Assembly: GCA_950097015.1 (NCBI GenBank)
Contig: CATNEN010000038.1
Coordinates: 3,720,001 to 3,784,000, forward strand
Origin: Macrostomum hystrix
Lineage: Eukaryota; Animalia; Platyhelminthes
Length of the DNA stretch: 64,000 nucleotides
Direction: 5' to 3'
Part shown: positions 12,805 to 25,000 of the stretch, piece after piece
Layout of the letters: the number at the start of each line of letters is the position of its first letter
Numbering within the stretch: the stretch's first letter is position 1
Made by a program: the position numbers and the translations under genes
The notes under the pieces: model-generated
The model's input: the letters and a program-made list of their open reading frames with translations, nothing else
Told to the model about the DNA's origin: nothing
Database searches by the model: none

Positions 12805-14934
12805 TTCGTTTGGAAACTATTGATATACACCTTTCGAGACTTCTTAAAATAAACAGTATAGCCAAGGCCTAGCAGCAGTTTTGTAATTTTATAAAAAGTT
12901 ACATGAGTTTGTTGCATTAAGGCTTAAGGCTTTGTTTAGCATGAAAAACGTTCTGATTCAAAAGCTGGATTTGAAAGCTTAGTTCTCAGCAACTAATTGT
13001 GATTTATCGAACACTTAAATGCGCAGGAAGACAAAGAAAGAAATAGAACCCTACTGCTTTCACTTGTAAAGTAATAATATAATTTACTTTACATTGCACT
13101 GTTAAAACAAATACGACGTGTTTGGCCCCTTTGTTCTAGGAAACATTTTAATTCTTCTTGTAAAGTATATATTCGAAAAGTGCGAAAATTTTGGCAATTT
13201 TATGTAAAACAACAAGCTTACTAAATTCATAGTAAGTAGAGCAAAAATTAAGAAAATATATATATCCGTAAATTTTTTTATTATTGTTGTATTTGTGAGT
13301 TTTTTAAGATCAAATCTCGTTTATTGAGCGACTCAATCAGTTCTCGCTTTTTATTGAATAATCTAGCTTGAGTTCATCGTCAGATGTCAGTGAATCACGA
13401 ATGCCTCCTAGTAGACTCCTAGTCCTAGTCTACTCCTAGTGTTCCTTATGCTAAGGCTGCAAAATTGTTCACACAAAACTTGAGAAGTGAAAAATTGCGG
13501 TCAAACACAATAAATTGATTAAAGCGTAAAGAAATTGGATAATAGCTTTTAACTATAAGAGTAAGAAGTTAAAATGAAGCGTCGTAAAAAGACGAGCGAG
13601 TTATTATTTATTAATAATAGTTAATACCCTCGTGGGTCTAAGACGACACATCGGTAGTTCACAAACTGCGAAAGAAGACAAGTTTTTAATTAAGTACTTT
13701 AGTTGTCTATAACCATGCAATGCAATCAGTGTTTTTTAGCCAATAAACATCAGACCAATTGCGCTGATACGCAATTTAAACCCTTCATATGAATGGGGTA
13801 TTTCCCGATAAAATATTTCTATGGTGTTCTTTATATGCCACACTCAGAAACTCACACAGTAGAACAGTCCCATTATGAGAGAGCTCGCTGTCGCATATAT
13901 AATATCCATATTTGTTCGCGTCAGTTTTATACAGTCTTCACTGTGTCATGACACTAGCGCTATACCCGGCGTTGTTTGTTATGCAAAGTCTCCTATACAT
14001 ATTATTCATGTAAAATGCAACAATATTACGTACGTGTGCAGTGTCTTCTAAAAGCTACATTCAACGTCATACACAACATGTATGCTTAGGGTTGTTTAAT
14101 TTATATGCATAAGGACAAACCAGAAGCCAATTTAGGCCTAAGTTTTACATGCTCTATATTCTGTTCACCAAGGTCGAAAATTTGGTTTACTACTTATGTA
14201 CCCGTGAGTGTCAATAATGAGAAGTTAATTCGGTCAAATTATTAATATGTGCCGCAGCTAAATTGCCCTGTATCTTAATGTATACGCGGCTGTACAGCTG
14301 TCCATGGACTGGCAGTGCCACCCCTGGCCCTAATGCCCGTTTGAACTGAAGCAAAACTGATTTAAGAAGTATCTGTCTAAAGGACACAAAACTAATTCTA
14401 GTGGACTCAAACCCCGACCTTCAAATCGTGAGGTCAGAAAGGTCTCTGTAAGCAAACTAGCTCTGAACTGAAAGGAAAACTTTGTCAATAAAAGTACAGA
14501 ATAGTTGCCAAGCCAAGTTCGATTCGCCGCTTATAAGCACAATCTGTCTGCCTGCTTTTAAATAATTCGCTTAAAGGCCTGCAGCAGCGGAAGACAAACT
14601 CGAGGTGGCCACACGCGCCACGATCATGCCGATACGCGAGATCCTTTCATGATATAATATTCTTTCATGCAGCTTATATACGGTCATTCTGCAGTTGGAA
14701 CAGCTTGCGTAGCAGATTAACTTTAGCCGCGTGATTCGCTCACCTGCATCGGGCATGATGCAAGCTAATGCATGCCTTTACTGTAGGCGAGATTTTATTC
14801 AGGTCAATTGAAGCTCTCGCTGCCTTCTTTGTTCTGTAAGTCCTTGCTTTCTGTCAGATAAAACATTTCTGTGAAAAATTTGTTGCACAGCTGTTAGATT
14901 GTTATTTGACCCTCATCCTTGCCCTCCTTCCCAA

Positions 14935-17005
14935 AACCCTCTTCCCATCATCCCCCAATCCCATTTCGACTCATCCTTCAATCCCTGTCCAATAAACTCC
15001 CAATTTCCTACCGATCATCTCCCGATCCCCTTCCCATCATCTTCCGATCCCCTTCCCATCATCTTCCGATCCCTTTCCCATCATCTCCGAATCCCCCTTC
15101 CCATCATCCCCCAATCCCATTTCGACTCATCCTTCAATCCCTGTCCAATAAACTCCCAATTTCCTACCGATCATCTCCCGATCCCCTTCCCATCATCTTC
15201 CGATCCCCTTCCCATCATCTTCCGATCCCTTTCCCATCATCTCCGAATCCCCCTTCCCATCATCTCCCAATCCCATTTCGACTCATCCTTCAATCCCTGT
15301 CCAATAAACTCCCAATTTCCTACCGATCATCTCCCGATCCCCTTCCCATCATCTTCCGATCCCCTTCCCATCATCTTCCGATCCCTTTCCCATCATCTCC
15401 GAATCCCCCTTCCCATCATCCCCCAATCCCATTTCGACTCATCCTTCAATCCCTGTCCAATAAACTCCCAATTTCCTACCGATCATCTCCCGATCCCCTT
15501 CCCATCATCTTCCGATCCCCTTCCCATCATCTTCCGATCCCTTTCCCATCATCTCCGAATCCCCCTTCCCATCATCTCCCAATCCCATTTCGACTCATCC
15601 TTCAATCCCTGTCCAATAAACTCCCAATTTCCTACCGATCATCTCCCGATCCCCTTCCCATCATCTTCCGATCCCCTTCCCATCATCTTCCGATCCCTTT
15701 CCCATCATCTCCGAATCCCCCTTCCCATCATCTCCCGATCCCCTTCCCATCATCTCCAAATCCCCCTACCCAACATCTCCCGATCTCCTTCCCATCATCT
15801 CCCGATCCCCTTCCCAACATCTTCCGATCCCCTTCCCATCATCTTCCGGTCCCCTTCCAATAATCTTCCGATCCCCTTCCCAACATCTCCCGATCTCCTT
15901 CCCATCATCTCCCGATCCCCTTCCTAACATCTCCCGATCTCCTTCCCATCATCTCCCGATCCCCTTCCTAACATCTCCCGATCTCCTTCCCATCATCTCC
16001 CGATCCCCTTCCTAACATCTCCCGATCTCCTTCCCATCATCTCCCGATCCCCTTCCCAACATCTTCCGATCCCCTTCCCATCATCTTCCGGTCCCCTTCC
16101 AATAATCTTCCGATCCCCTTCCCAACATCTCCCGATCTCCTTCCCATCATCTCCCGATCCCCTTCCTAACATCTCCCGATCTCCTTCCCATCATCTCCCG
16201 ATCCCCTTCCTAACATCTCCCGATCTCCTTCCTATAATCTTCCGGTCCCCATCCCATCATCTCCCGATCCCCTTCCCAACATCTCCCGATCCCCTTCCCA
16301 TCATCTCCCGATCCCCTTCCTATCATCTCCCGATCCCCTTCCCATCATCTTCCGGTCCCCTTCCATCATCTCCCGATCCCCTTCCCATCATCTGATCTCC
16401 TTCCCATCATCTGATCTCCTTCCCATCTCCCGATCTCCTTCCCATCATCTTCCGGTCCCCTTCCATCATCTCCCGATCCCCTTCCCATCATCTGATCCCC
16501 TTCCCATCATCTGATCTCCTTCCCATCATCTCCCGATCCCCTTCCCATCATCTGATCTCCTTCCCATCATCTCCCGATCCCCTTCCCAACATCTCCCGAT
16601 CCCCTTCCCATCATCTCCCGATCCCCTTCCTATCATCTCCCGATCCCCTTCCCATCATCTTCCGGTCCCCTTCCATCATCTCCCGATCCCCTTCCCATCA
16701 TCTGATCTCCTTCCCATCATCTGATCTCCTTCCCATCATCTGATCTCCTTCCCATCATCTGATCTCCTTCCCATCTCCCGATCTCCTTCCCATCATCTTC
16801 CGGTCCCCTTCCATCATCTCCCGATCCCCTTCCCATCATCTGATCCCCTTCCCATCATCTGATCTCCTTCCCATCATCTCCCGATCCCCTTCCCATCATC
16901 TGATCTCCTTCCCATCATCTTCCGATCCCCTTCCCAACATCTTCCGATCTCCTTCCCATCATCTCCCGATCCCCTTCCCATCATCTCCCGATCTCCTTCC
17001 CATCC
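14935..17005. repeat. ~22/23-bp minisatellite (CCCCTTCCCATCATCTTCCGAT)n with a 156-bp higher-order unit x5
   Basis: ATTTCGACTCATCC marker at 14963, 15119, 15275, 15431, 15587. Confidence 0.93.
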
Positions 17006-17506
17006 CGTTCACCCTCAAATCCTCTTCGACACGGTCGACTTGCTTGTATTTTTCGACTTGGTCGAATTTTTAGTTATAATCTCAAATAAAACAGGCCGCT
17101 CACCTCAGCAGGTGCGAGCAGCCGTAGTACTCAATGTGCACCGAATCCGAGACAGACATTTTCCCAATAAACGCCGGGAGAGTTTAATCTACAATCTAAA
17201 AAATCTACAAAAATAGATTAAAGTGATCAATCAGCAACAGCTGGAGGGGGTACAGGTTGATGAGAGCGGAACTCTTGGTCGGTTATTAATTTCAGTTTTC
17301 TCTTGAAATTTAATAAATTTCAGCAAGTAAACAGTGGCTAAACTGCTGCTGCTTATGAGGATAACTTATGCATATGGGACATAACCCAGTCATAAAATAA
17401 CTTTATATTACTTTTTCAATCTGTTGAAAAGTTTTAATACAAGCGCTGACAAAGAGGTCTAAAAAAAAGAGCATCAAAAAGTCATAGAGAGCGGTAAAAA
17501 CAATTT

Positions 17507-17935
17507 GGGTTGTAGAAAGTCAGAGAGGGTTGTAGAAAGTCAGAGAGGGTTGTAGAAAGTCAGAGAGGGTTGTAGAAAGTCAGAGAGGGTTGTAGAAAGT
17601 CAGAGAGGGTTGTAGAAAGTCAGAGAGGGTTGTAGAAAGTCATAGAGGGTTGTAGAAAGTCATAGAGGGTTGTAGAAAGTCATAGAGGGTTGTAGAAAGT
17701 CAGAGAGGGTTGTAGAAAGTCATAGAGGGTTGTAGAAAGTCAGAGAGGGTTGTAGAAAGTCACAGAGGGTTGTAGAAAGTCAGAGAGGGTTGTAGAAAGT
17801 CAGAGAGGGTTGTAGAAAGTCACAGAGGGTTGTAGAAAGTCATAGAGGGTTGTAGAAAGTCAGAGAGGGTTGTAGAAAGTCACAGAGGGTTGTAGAAAGT
17901 CATAGAGGGTTGAGGTAAGTCACGTAGGGTTGTAG
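17507..17935. repeat. 20-bp minisatellite (GGGTTGTAGAAAGTCAGAGA)n
   Basis: About 20 near-perfect copies. Confidence 0.95.
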
Positions 17936-18401
17936 AATTCATAAATATTTATGTACACAGATAGAATAACTACGAGTAATAACTGTAGCAAAAGTACTAT
18001 TAAAATGGGTTCACGCGCATATGCTAGATAAAATATATTAACACATTTTACTGATATGAGTCATTTTCGGCGAACTGGCAATTCCTCAGGCCTGGATATG
18101 AGCCTGGCAAATATATAGTAAAAGGTCCCATTGCTGGAAAAACTGCGGGCCAAACAGATTAGAAGAATGAGCTCCTGGCTGAGCAGCCCGTTATGCGCTA
18201 GGCCGTTTGAGCAGGCATTGCGGGGGATAAGGGAGTAGCTGCAGCGGGGTAAAACAAGCTGTTAGTATAGCGAGGAAGAAATATTGCCGAGGTCATGATA
18301 AGGTCAGGAAGTGGAAATTACCATTCTACGCACTACAGAATGACCTGCGATTTTTTATGATCAGTTTTGTACCCCGGTGAAATTAAAAGCTTAAAAGATT
18401 T

Positions 18402-19220
18402 AAGGAAATTCGACGATCAAAGGAAAATTTGATGATCTAAGGAAATTCGATGATCTATGGAAATTCGATGATCTAAGGAAATTCGATGATCTGAGGAAAT
18501 TCGATGATCTAAGGAAATTCGATGATCTGAGGAAATTCTATGATCTAAGGAAAATTTGATGATCTGAGGAAATTCTATGATCTAAGGAAAATTTGATGAT
18601 CTGAGGAAATTCGATGATCTGAGGAAATTCGATGATCTGAGGAAATTCGATGATCTAAGGAAATTCGATGATCTGAGGAAATTCGATGATCTAAGGAAAT
18701 TCGATGATCTGAGGAAATTCGACGATTTATGGAAATTCGATGATCTGAGGAAATTCGATGATCTGAGGAAATTCGACGATCTAAGGAAATTCGATGATCT
18801 AAGGAAATTCGATGATCTGAGGAAATTTGATGATCTAAGGAAATTCGATGATCTAAGGAAATTCGATTATCTAAGGAAATTCGATTATCTAAGGAAATTC
18901 GATGATCTGAGGAAATTCGACGATTTATGGAAATTCGATGATCTGAGGAAATTCGACGATTTATGGAAATTCGATGATCTGAGGAAATTCGATGATCTGA
19001 GGAAATTCGATGATCTGAGGAAATTCGATGATCTGAGGAAATTCGACGATTTATGGAAATTCGATGATCTGAGGAAATTCGATGATCTGAGGAAATTCGA
19101 TGATCTGAGGAAATTCGACGATTTATGGAAATTCGATGATCTGAGGAAATTCGATGATCTGAGGAAATTCGATGATCTGAGGAAATTCGACGATCGAAGG
19201 AAATTCGATGATCTGAGGAC
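18402..19220. repeat. 18-bp minisatellite (GGAAATTCGATGATCTGA)n
   Basis: Tandem copies. Source of the ISSDHR ORF. Confidence 0.95.
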
Positions 19221-19764
19221 ATTCTAGTTCGCACAGATTTGAAAATTAGACAATATAAAGATGCAAAGATCTAAGAAACTTTGTCGAGCTCAAGATATTA
19301 TAGGAACTCAGAAAATGGCAGTACTTATTAAATTATACGAATTTTGAAATTTGTTGTACTTTTCACTGTGAGTTTGTAAAAAAACTGAAAATGTAATTTT
19401 CGACAAATACGAGCGTATCTAAATTCTTCTCGCAGTTCACTGCAAACCAGTCACTTAGTAATCTAATCGTTTTCTTACCGTTTTTGCTTTAATTCCGAGG
19501 CTAAACTGACTGCACTTCAGCACTGCTGTCGCGGCTGCTGTCAAGCGGGCAACTCATGAAATCAAAACCGAATAGTGTCCTTCGAGAGTCTTTTATGAGC
19601 TCTTTTCCTGAATCAAATTTTGTTTAAAATTTGCTACAGGCTGCCTGCAATTTAGCCAGGAGGGTCGAAGGACAGTGCATAGTATATTTGCCCTAAAGCT
19701 ACTATTAGGGCAAGATTGGAGAGAAAGACACGGCCAATAGGCCAATAGGAAAGGAAAAGGGGAG

Positions 19765-20135
19765 AATGACAGGTGAGACACAGGGGTGAATGACAGGTGA
19801 GAGACAGGGATGAATGACAGGTGAGACACAGGGGTAAATGACAGGTGAGATACAGGGATGAATGACAGGTGAAACACAGGGATGAATGACAGGTGAGAGA
19901 CAGGGATGAATGACAGGTGAAACACAGGGATGAATGACAGGTGAGATGCATGGGTGAATGACAGGTGAGAGACAGGGGTGAATGACAGGTGGGACACAGG
20001 GATGAAAGACTGATGAGACACTGGGATGAATGACAGGTGAGACACAGGGGTGAATGCCAGGTGAGAGACAGGGGTGAAAGACCGGTACGAGACAGGGGTG
20101 AATGCCAGGTGAGAGACAGGGGCCAAAGACTGGTG
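19765..20135. repeat. 24-bp minisatellite (GAATGACAGGTGAGACACAGGGAT)n
   Basis: Degenerate tandem copies. Confidence 0.9.
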
Positions 20136-20874
20136 ATACAGGAGTATTTTGGAGGGCCCAGGAGAGTGACACACGAAGACTATAATTGCTTGGCATAAAC
20201 ATGAGACACGCAATTGATAATGAGGTGTAGTTGATTCAATAGCGATTTGCCTAACGTTATTGGCAATGCCTTCTCTCCTCTGTCCCTATTTTTTATATCT
20301 CTCTGCTTTCGGAGTCTTTAATAATAAAAATGCGGAAATGAGTGGAAGGCCACCCGTTGCCGGCATGTCGCAATGTACACCCGGTGCCAAAAACTGCAGC
20401 GCATGCCGCGCCGCTGAGGTTGCGGTTATAGGGAGTCCTTGGTCTCATTGTCCAATAAGATTGCGACCTGCAGGAACACTTGGGCTTGATAAATATTTCA
20501 TTTCTAGCCAGTTGCTGTCCTCACCACCCCAATTCTGCCTGCACCGGCTGCTTTCATCTGTCTTCTGATAGTTGTAAAATAAGATTTTAATTAATACATT
20601 AATCCTTCAATATCGAAATCGCTAAAAAAATTATTTAGCTGATTGGACATTGTAACCCGAATCGGAATCCTTAAAGGTAAGATCATTAAAATTTTCTTTT
20701 AATTTTGAACTACAATTTTGAACGCTTCTGAAAGAGTCAATGCCATAGATGAAGCCCAAAATGCCCCTCTCTCAGCACACCTGATGTCTATGGCTGTGGT
20801 CGTGGCCCAGATACGAACACCAAAGCTACTCATCTTCTCTTCGTGCCTTATCTTCTTCATCTGTCCTATCCTTT

Positions 20875-21330
20875 CCCTGTCTGATCTCTTCCCACTCTCA
20901 TCTCTCCCCGTGTCTGATCTCTCCCCTGTCTCATCTCTCCCCTGTCTGATCTCTCCCCTGTCTGATCTCTCCCCTGTCTGATCTCTCCCCTGTCTTATCT
21001 CTCCCCTGTCTGATCTCTCCCCTGTCTTATCTCTCCCCTGTCTGATCTCTCCCCTGTCTGATCTCTCCCCTGTCTGATCTCTCCCCTGTCTGATCTCTCC
21101 CCTGTCTTATCTCTCCCCTGTCTGATCTCTCCCCTGTCTGATCTCTCCCCTGTCTGATCTCTCCCCTGTCTGATCTCTCCCCTGTCTTATCTCTCCCCTG
21201 TCTGATCTCTCCCCTGTCTGATCTCTCCCCTGTCTGATCTCTCCCCTGTCTGATCTCTCCCCTGTCTGATCTCTCCCCTGTCTGATCTCTCCCCTGTCTG
21301 AACTCTCCCCTGTCTGATCTCTCCCCGTGT
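20875..21330. repeat. 16-bp minisatellite (CCCCTGTCTGATCTCT)n
   Basis: Tandem copies. Confidence 0.93.
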
Positions 21331-22071
21331 CTCATCTCCATCATGTCTAATCTCACCCATGTCTTAACTCTCCCTCATCTGTTCTTCTCGTCTCTGCCGT
21401 AGTCTCTCCCGGTTTATGAACAAATCAAATAAGTGGCTAAACAGTGTTATGAGAGTTTTTTGAAAGTTAAATAACAGGATGACTAAATGTAGTCGGTGTT
21501 GTTGAAAGCAGATCTACCAATTAGCCGATTTTTAACCGTCTCACTCTGTCCCAGATTCTCCTAAGCCTCAGATCCCCAGGCCAGGTAAAGACCGCGCTGA
21601 GCAGGCAACCCCCGGGAAGTGGAAAAGGGCTGGTCGAGGCTTTAGTACGCCGATTTTCAAGGGGAGAAAAGAAGCGGGGGATTATAGCGATCTCGGACTG
21701 AGTGGGGGCGGGGTGGTTTAGCAAGCTTCACGCTCTCTGGTAGCTGCTGCTGCTGCTGCTGCTGCTGCTGTTTGTGTGTTTTTCGCTACACTGGCTCATA
21801 CCCCCCAATCTGCAGAGCATGTTGCGAGGTGGACCTCCCGTTCATCCCCCATGAAAGCTCCGGCGACCACCCCCAAGCCAAGACTTGTCAGTCTGTCTTT
21901 CATGCGTTTTTCATATTTAAATTTCGTTCCAATTCAACATTTCAGGCATTGGGAAGCGGTGAATATTTGTTTTCATTTGCCAACAATTCTACAAGCTAGC
22001 TAAACAAATTTTGAAATCCGGCTGCTCAATCTTGAGTACTCAGCGGCTGAAAAACCGGAGTCCCCATTGTC

Positions 22072-25000
22072 ATGGGTTGCGGCCGGAGTCGACTTAGCAG
22101 GGGCCCGTCTCAGGTGACACAGGCTGCTGCTGCTGCCGCCGTCGTCAACGACAACGCGGGAGTGGAACCTCGCCGATTTTACATTCGTCGAGGCAAATCG
22201 GAGATTTCAGCCGAGCTTGGCAAGGTCTGTTGAATGAATGCGTTGACTGACTGTACGAGACTTGTTCTGATAGCCTTGGGCAAACAGTGAAGCTGGCTGC
22301 TTGTCCAAGTAAAACAAAGAATACTTAGATTCAACTTCCAGATTGACTGTTACAAAGGACAAAATCGATATTCACAGGTTTACGAGTTCACAGGTTCACG
22401 AGTTCACAGGTTCACGAGCTCACAGGTTCACGAGCTCACAGGTTCACGAGTTCACAGGTTCACGAGTTCACAGGTTTACGAGTTCACAGGTTCACGAGTT
22501 CACAGGTTCACGAGTTCACAGGTTCACGAGCTCACAGGTTCACGAGTTCACAGGTTCACGAGTTCACAGGTTCACGAGTTCACAGGTTCACGAGTTCACA
22601 GGTTCACGAGTTCACAGGTTCACGAGTTCACAGGTTCACGAGTTCACAGGTTCACGAGTTCACAGGTTCACGAGTTCACAGGTTCACGAGTTCTCATCTA
22701 TCGAAAGCTGTAGGTTCTTACCAAGGGTCGTGAAAAGTCTGATTTTCAAGGTTATCTCCACCCCCGGTCATTGCGAATCGAGCTGGCCCCATAAAACATG
22801 CATGCGGAGTCGACTGGAAAGCCGAGAAAAAGCAAAGCACGGCTGTCCAGTCCTCGCCGTTGCACTTCTTGTTTTCCTGCTGCCAGCTGTTTTTCTTGGC
22901 CCATGGGGACACGTGTGTCACAAGACCTAGCCAGCCCCCCCCATTGACAAGAGCGAGTGTGACCGGTTGCTCTTCCTGCGGTTACCCATAGCAACGGCTT
23001 GGTAACAGAAGAGAAAGTTAGCTCAAGTGTGGCTAAACAGTATCGCCGTTCTGAAGTCTGACCCGAGTCTGAGCCTACAAATGTAGCGGTTTAGTCATCA
23101 GCGCGTGCAAGTTGATCAGTCAAAAGCGATGATCAAATTTGCGTGCACTTATGCTAATTCTGCCTCCTGACTTAAAGACAAATTGTCTTATTTTAGTAAG
23201 CCCTTCAATTCGCTTTCCTGTAGCTGCGCGACTGAAACACTTGCGGCCTTATAATCTCTGTTAATCTGGTCCGGAATAAATCTGGCTTTTGTTCCTCCTT
23301 AAGAGAGGGATTTTGTTCCTCTCTTCTTCGACGGGCAGAAATAAAGAACTAATCGCAAGTCATCTAACCTTCCTCAGGCAAGGAATCACGAAAATTCTTT
23401 ATTGTATAGGAAATTCGCAACACCACCTACTGAACTATCGGTGTGACCTTCTCTCCCCTTCTCCTTCCTATCCTACTTTCTCATCCGCTCACCCATCTAT
23501 CACCCATCTATCATCCATCTATCACCCATCTATCACCCATTTATCACCCATCTATCACCCATCTATCACCCATCTATCACCCATTTATCACCCATCTATC
23601 ACCCATCTATCACCCATCTATCACCCATCTATCACCCATCTATCACCCATCTATCACCCATCTATCACCCATCTATCAATCATCTATCACCAATCTATCA
23701 CCCATCTATCACCCATCTATCACCCATCTATCACCCATCTATCAATCATCTATCACCAATCTATCACCCATCTATCACCCATCTATAACCCATCTATCAC
23801 CCATCTATCACCCATCTATCACCCATCTATCACCCATCTATCACCCATCTATCACCCATTTATCACCCATCTATCACCCATCTATCACCCATCTATCACC
23901 CATCTATCACCCATCTATCACCCATCTATCACCCATCTATCAATCATCTATTAACTATCTATCACCAATCTCTGTCCCCACCTTTCTATGTCTCTCCCTA
24001 CCTCCCTGCACCTCTCTGATTCGTCTCTAATTTCTCCTTCGGCTTCCCAAATATTTCATCTCCTATTCATCTCTGTCTCCAATGTGACCCAATCGGCCCC
24101 AGCTACAGCTGACCGCTCGTGGACTCCGTTGCTAGGCAACCAAGTTCGCAAACAAATCCCTGGCTTCCACCGAGCTGTTTCTCGGCTACCTGAGTCGATA
24201 AGAATGACCGGCCTCAATTTGTAATATGAATCAGGTAGTTAGTCTGTGCGGAGTTTAAGGGTCGGGTGTTTCCTGAGCAAAGGAGTGAATCACAATGTAC
24301 CAAAGCTTTAAGATGAATAGTCTGCTCTTTGGCATTCGTCCATTTTTTATGGTGAGTTCGATTAGATGGGTTGAAATGCGTTGAATCTGTTGTTTAGGCT
24401 GCAAGGAAGTTTTCTTTGATGTTATGATTTTTAGTTAATGTTCCACACAATATTGATTCATTCCGACATCGCAGATTTCGCCAACTGTCAACGGCTTGGT
24501 GCCCTCTGATGAGCCCATGTCTGTGAGTTTGGTGCTATCAGAAATACTAAGATAGGGATGGCAGATTGGGGCGAGAAAGATAAGGATGGCAGATTGGGGC
24601 GAGAAAGATAAGGATGGCAGATTGGGGCGAGAAAGATAAGGATGGCAGATTGGGGCGAGAAAGATAAGGATGGCAGATTGGGGCGAGAAAGATAAGGATG
24701 GCAGATTGGGGCGAGAAAGATAAGGATGGCAGGTTGGAGGAGAGAAAGATAAGGATGGCAGGTTGGAGGAGAGAAAGATAAGGATGGCAGGTTGGAGGAG
24801 AGAAAGATAAGGATGGCAGGTTGGAGGAGAGAAAGATAAGGATGGCAGGTTGGAGGAGAGAAAGATAAGGATGGCAGATTGGGGCGAGAAAGATAAGGAT
24901 GACAGGTTGGAGGAGAGAAAGATAAGGATGGCAGGTTGGAGAAGAGAAAGATAAGGATGGCAGGTTGGAGGAGAGAAAGATAAGGATGGCAGGTTGGAGG

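Noticed and set aside
14935-15700. Repeat-spacer-like alternation with a 156-bp period
   Set aside because: The apparent spacers are identical to each other, so this is a higher-order tandem repeat.
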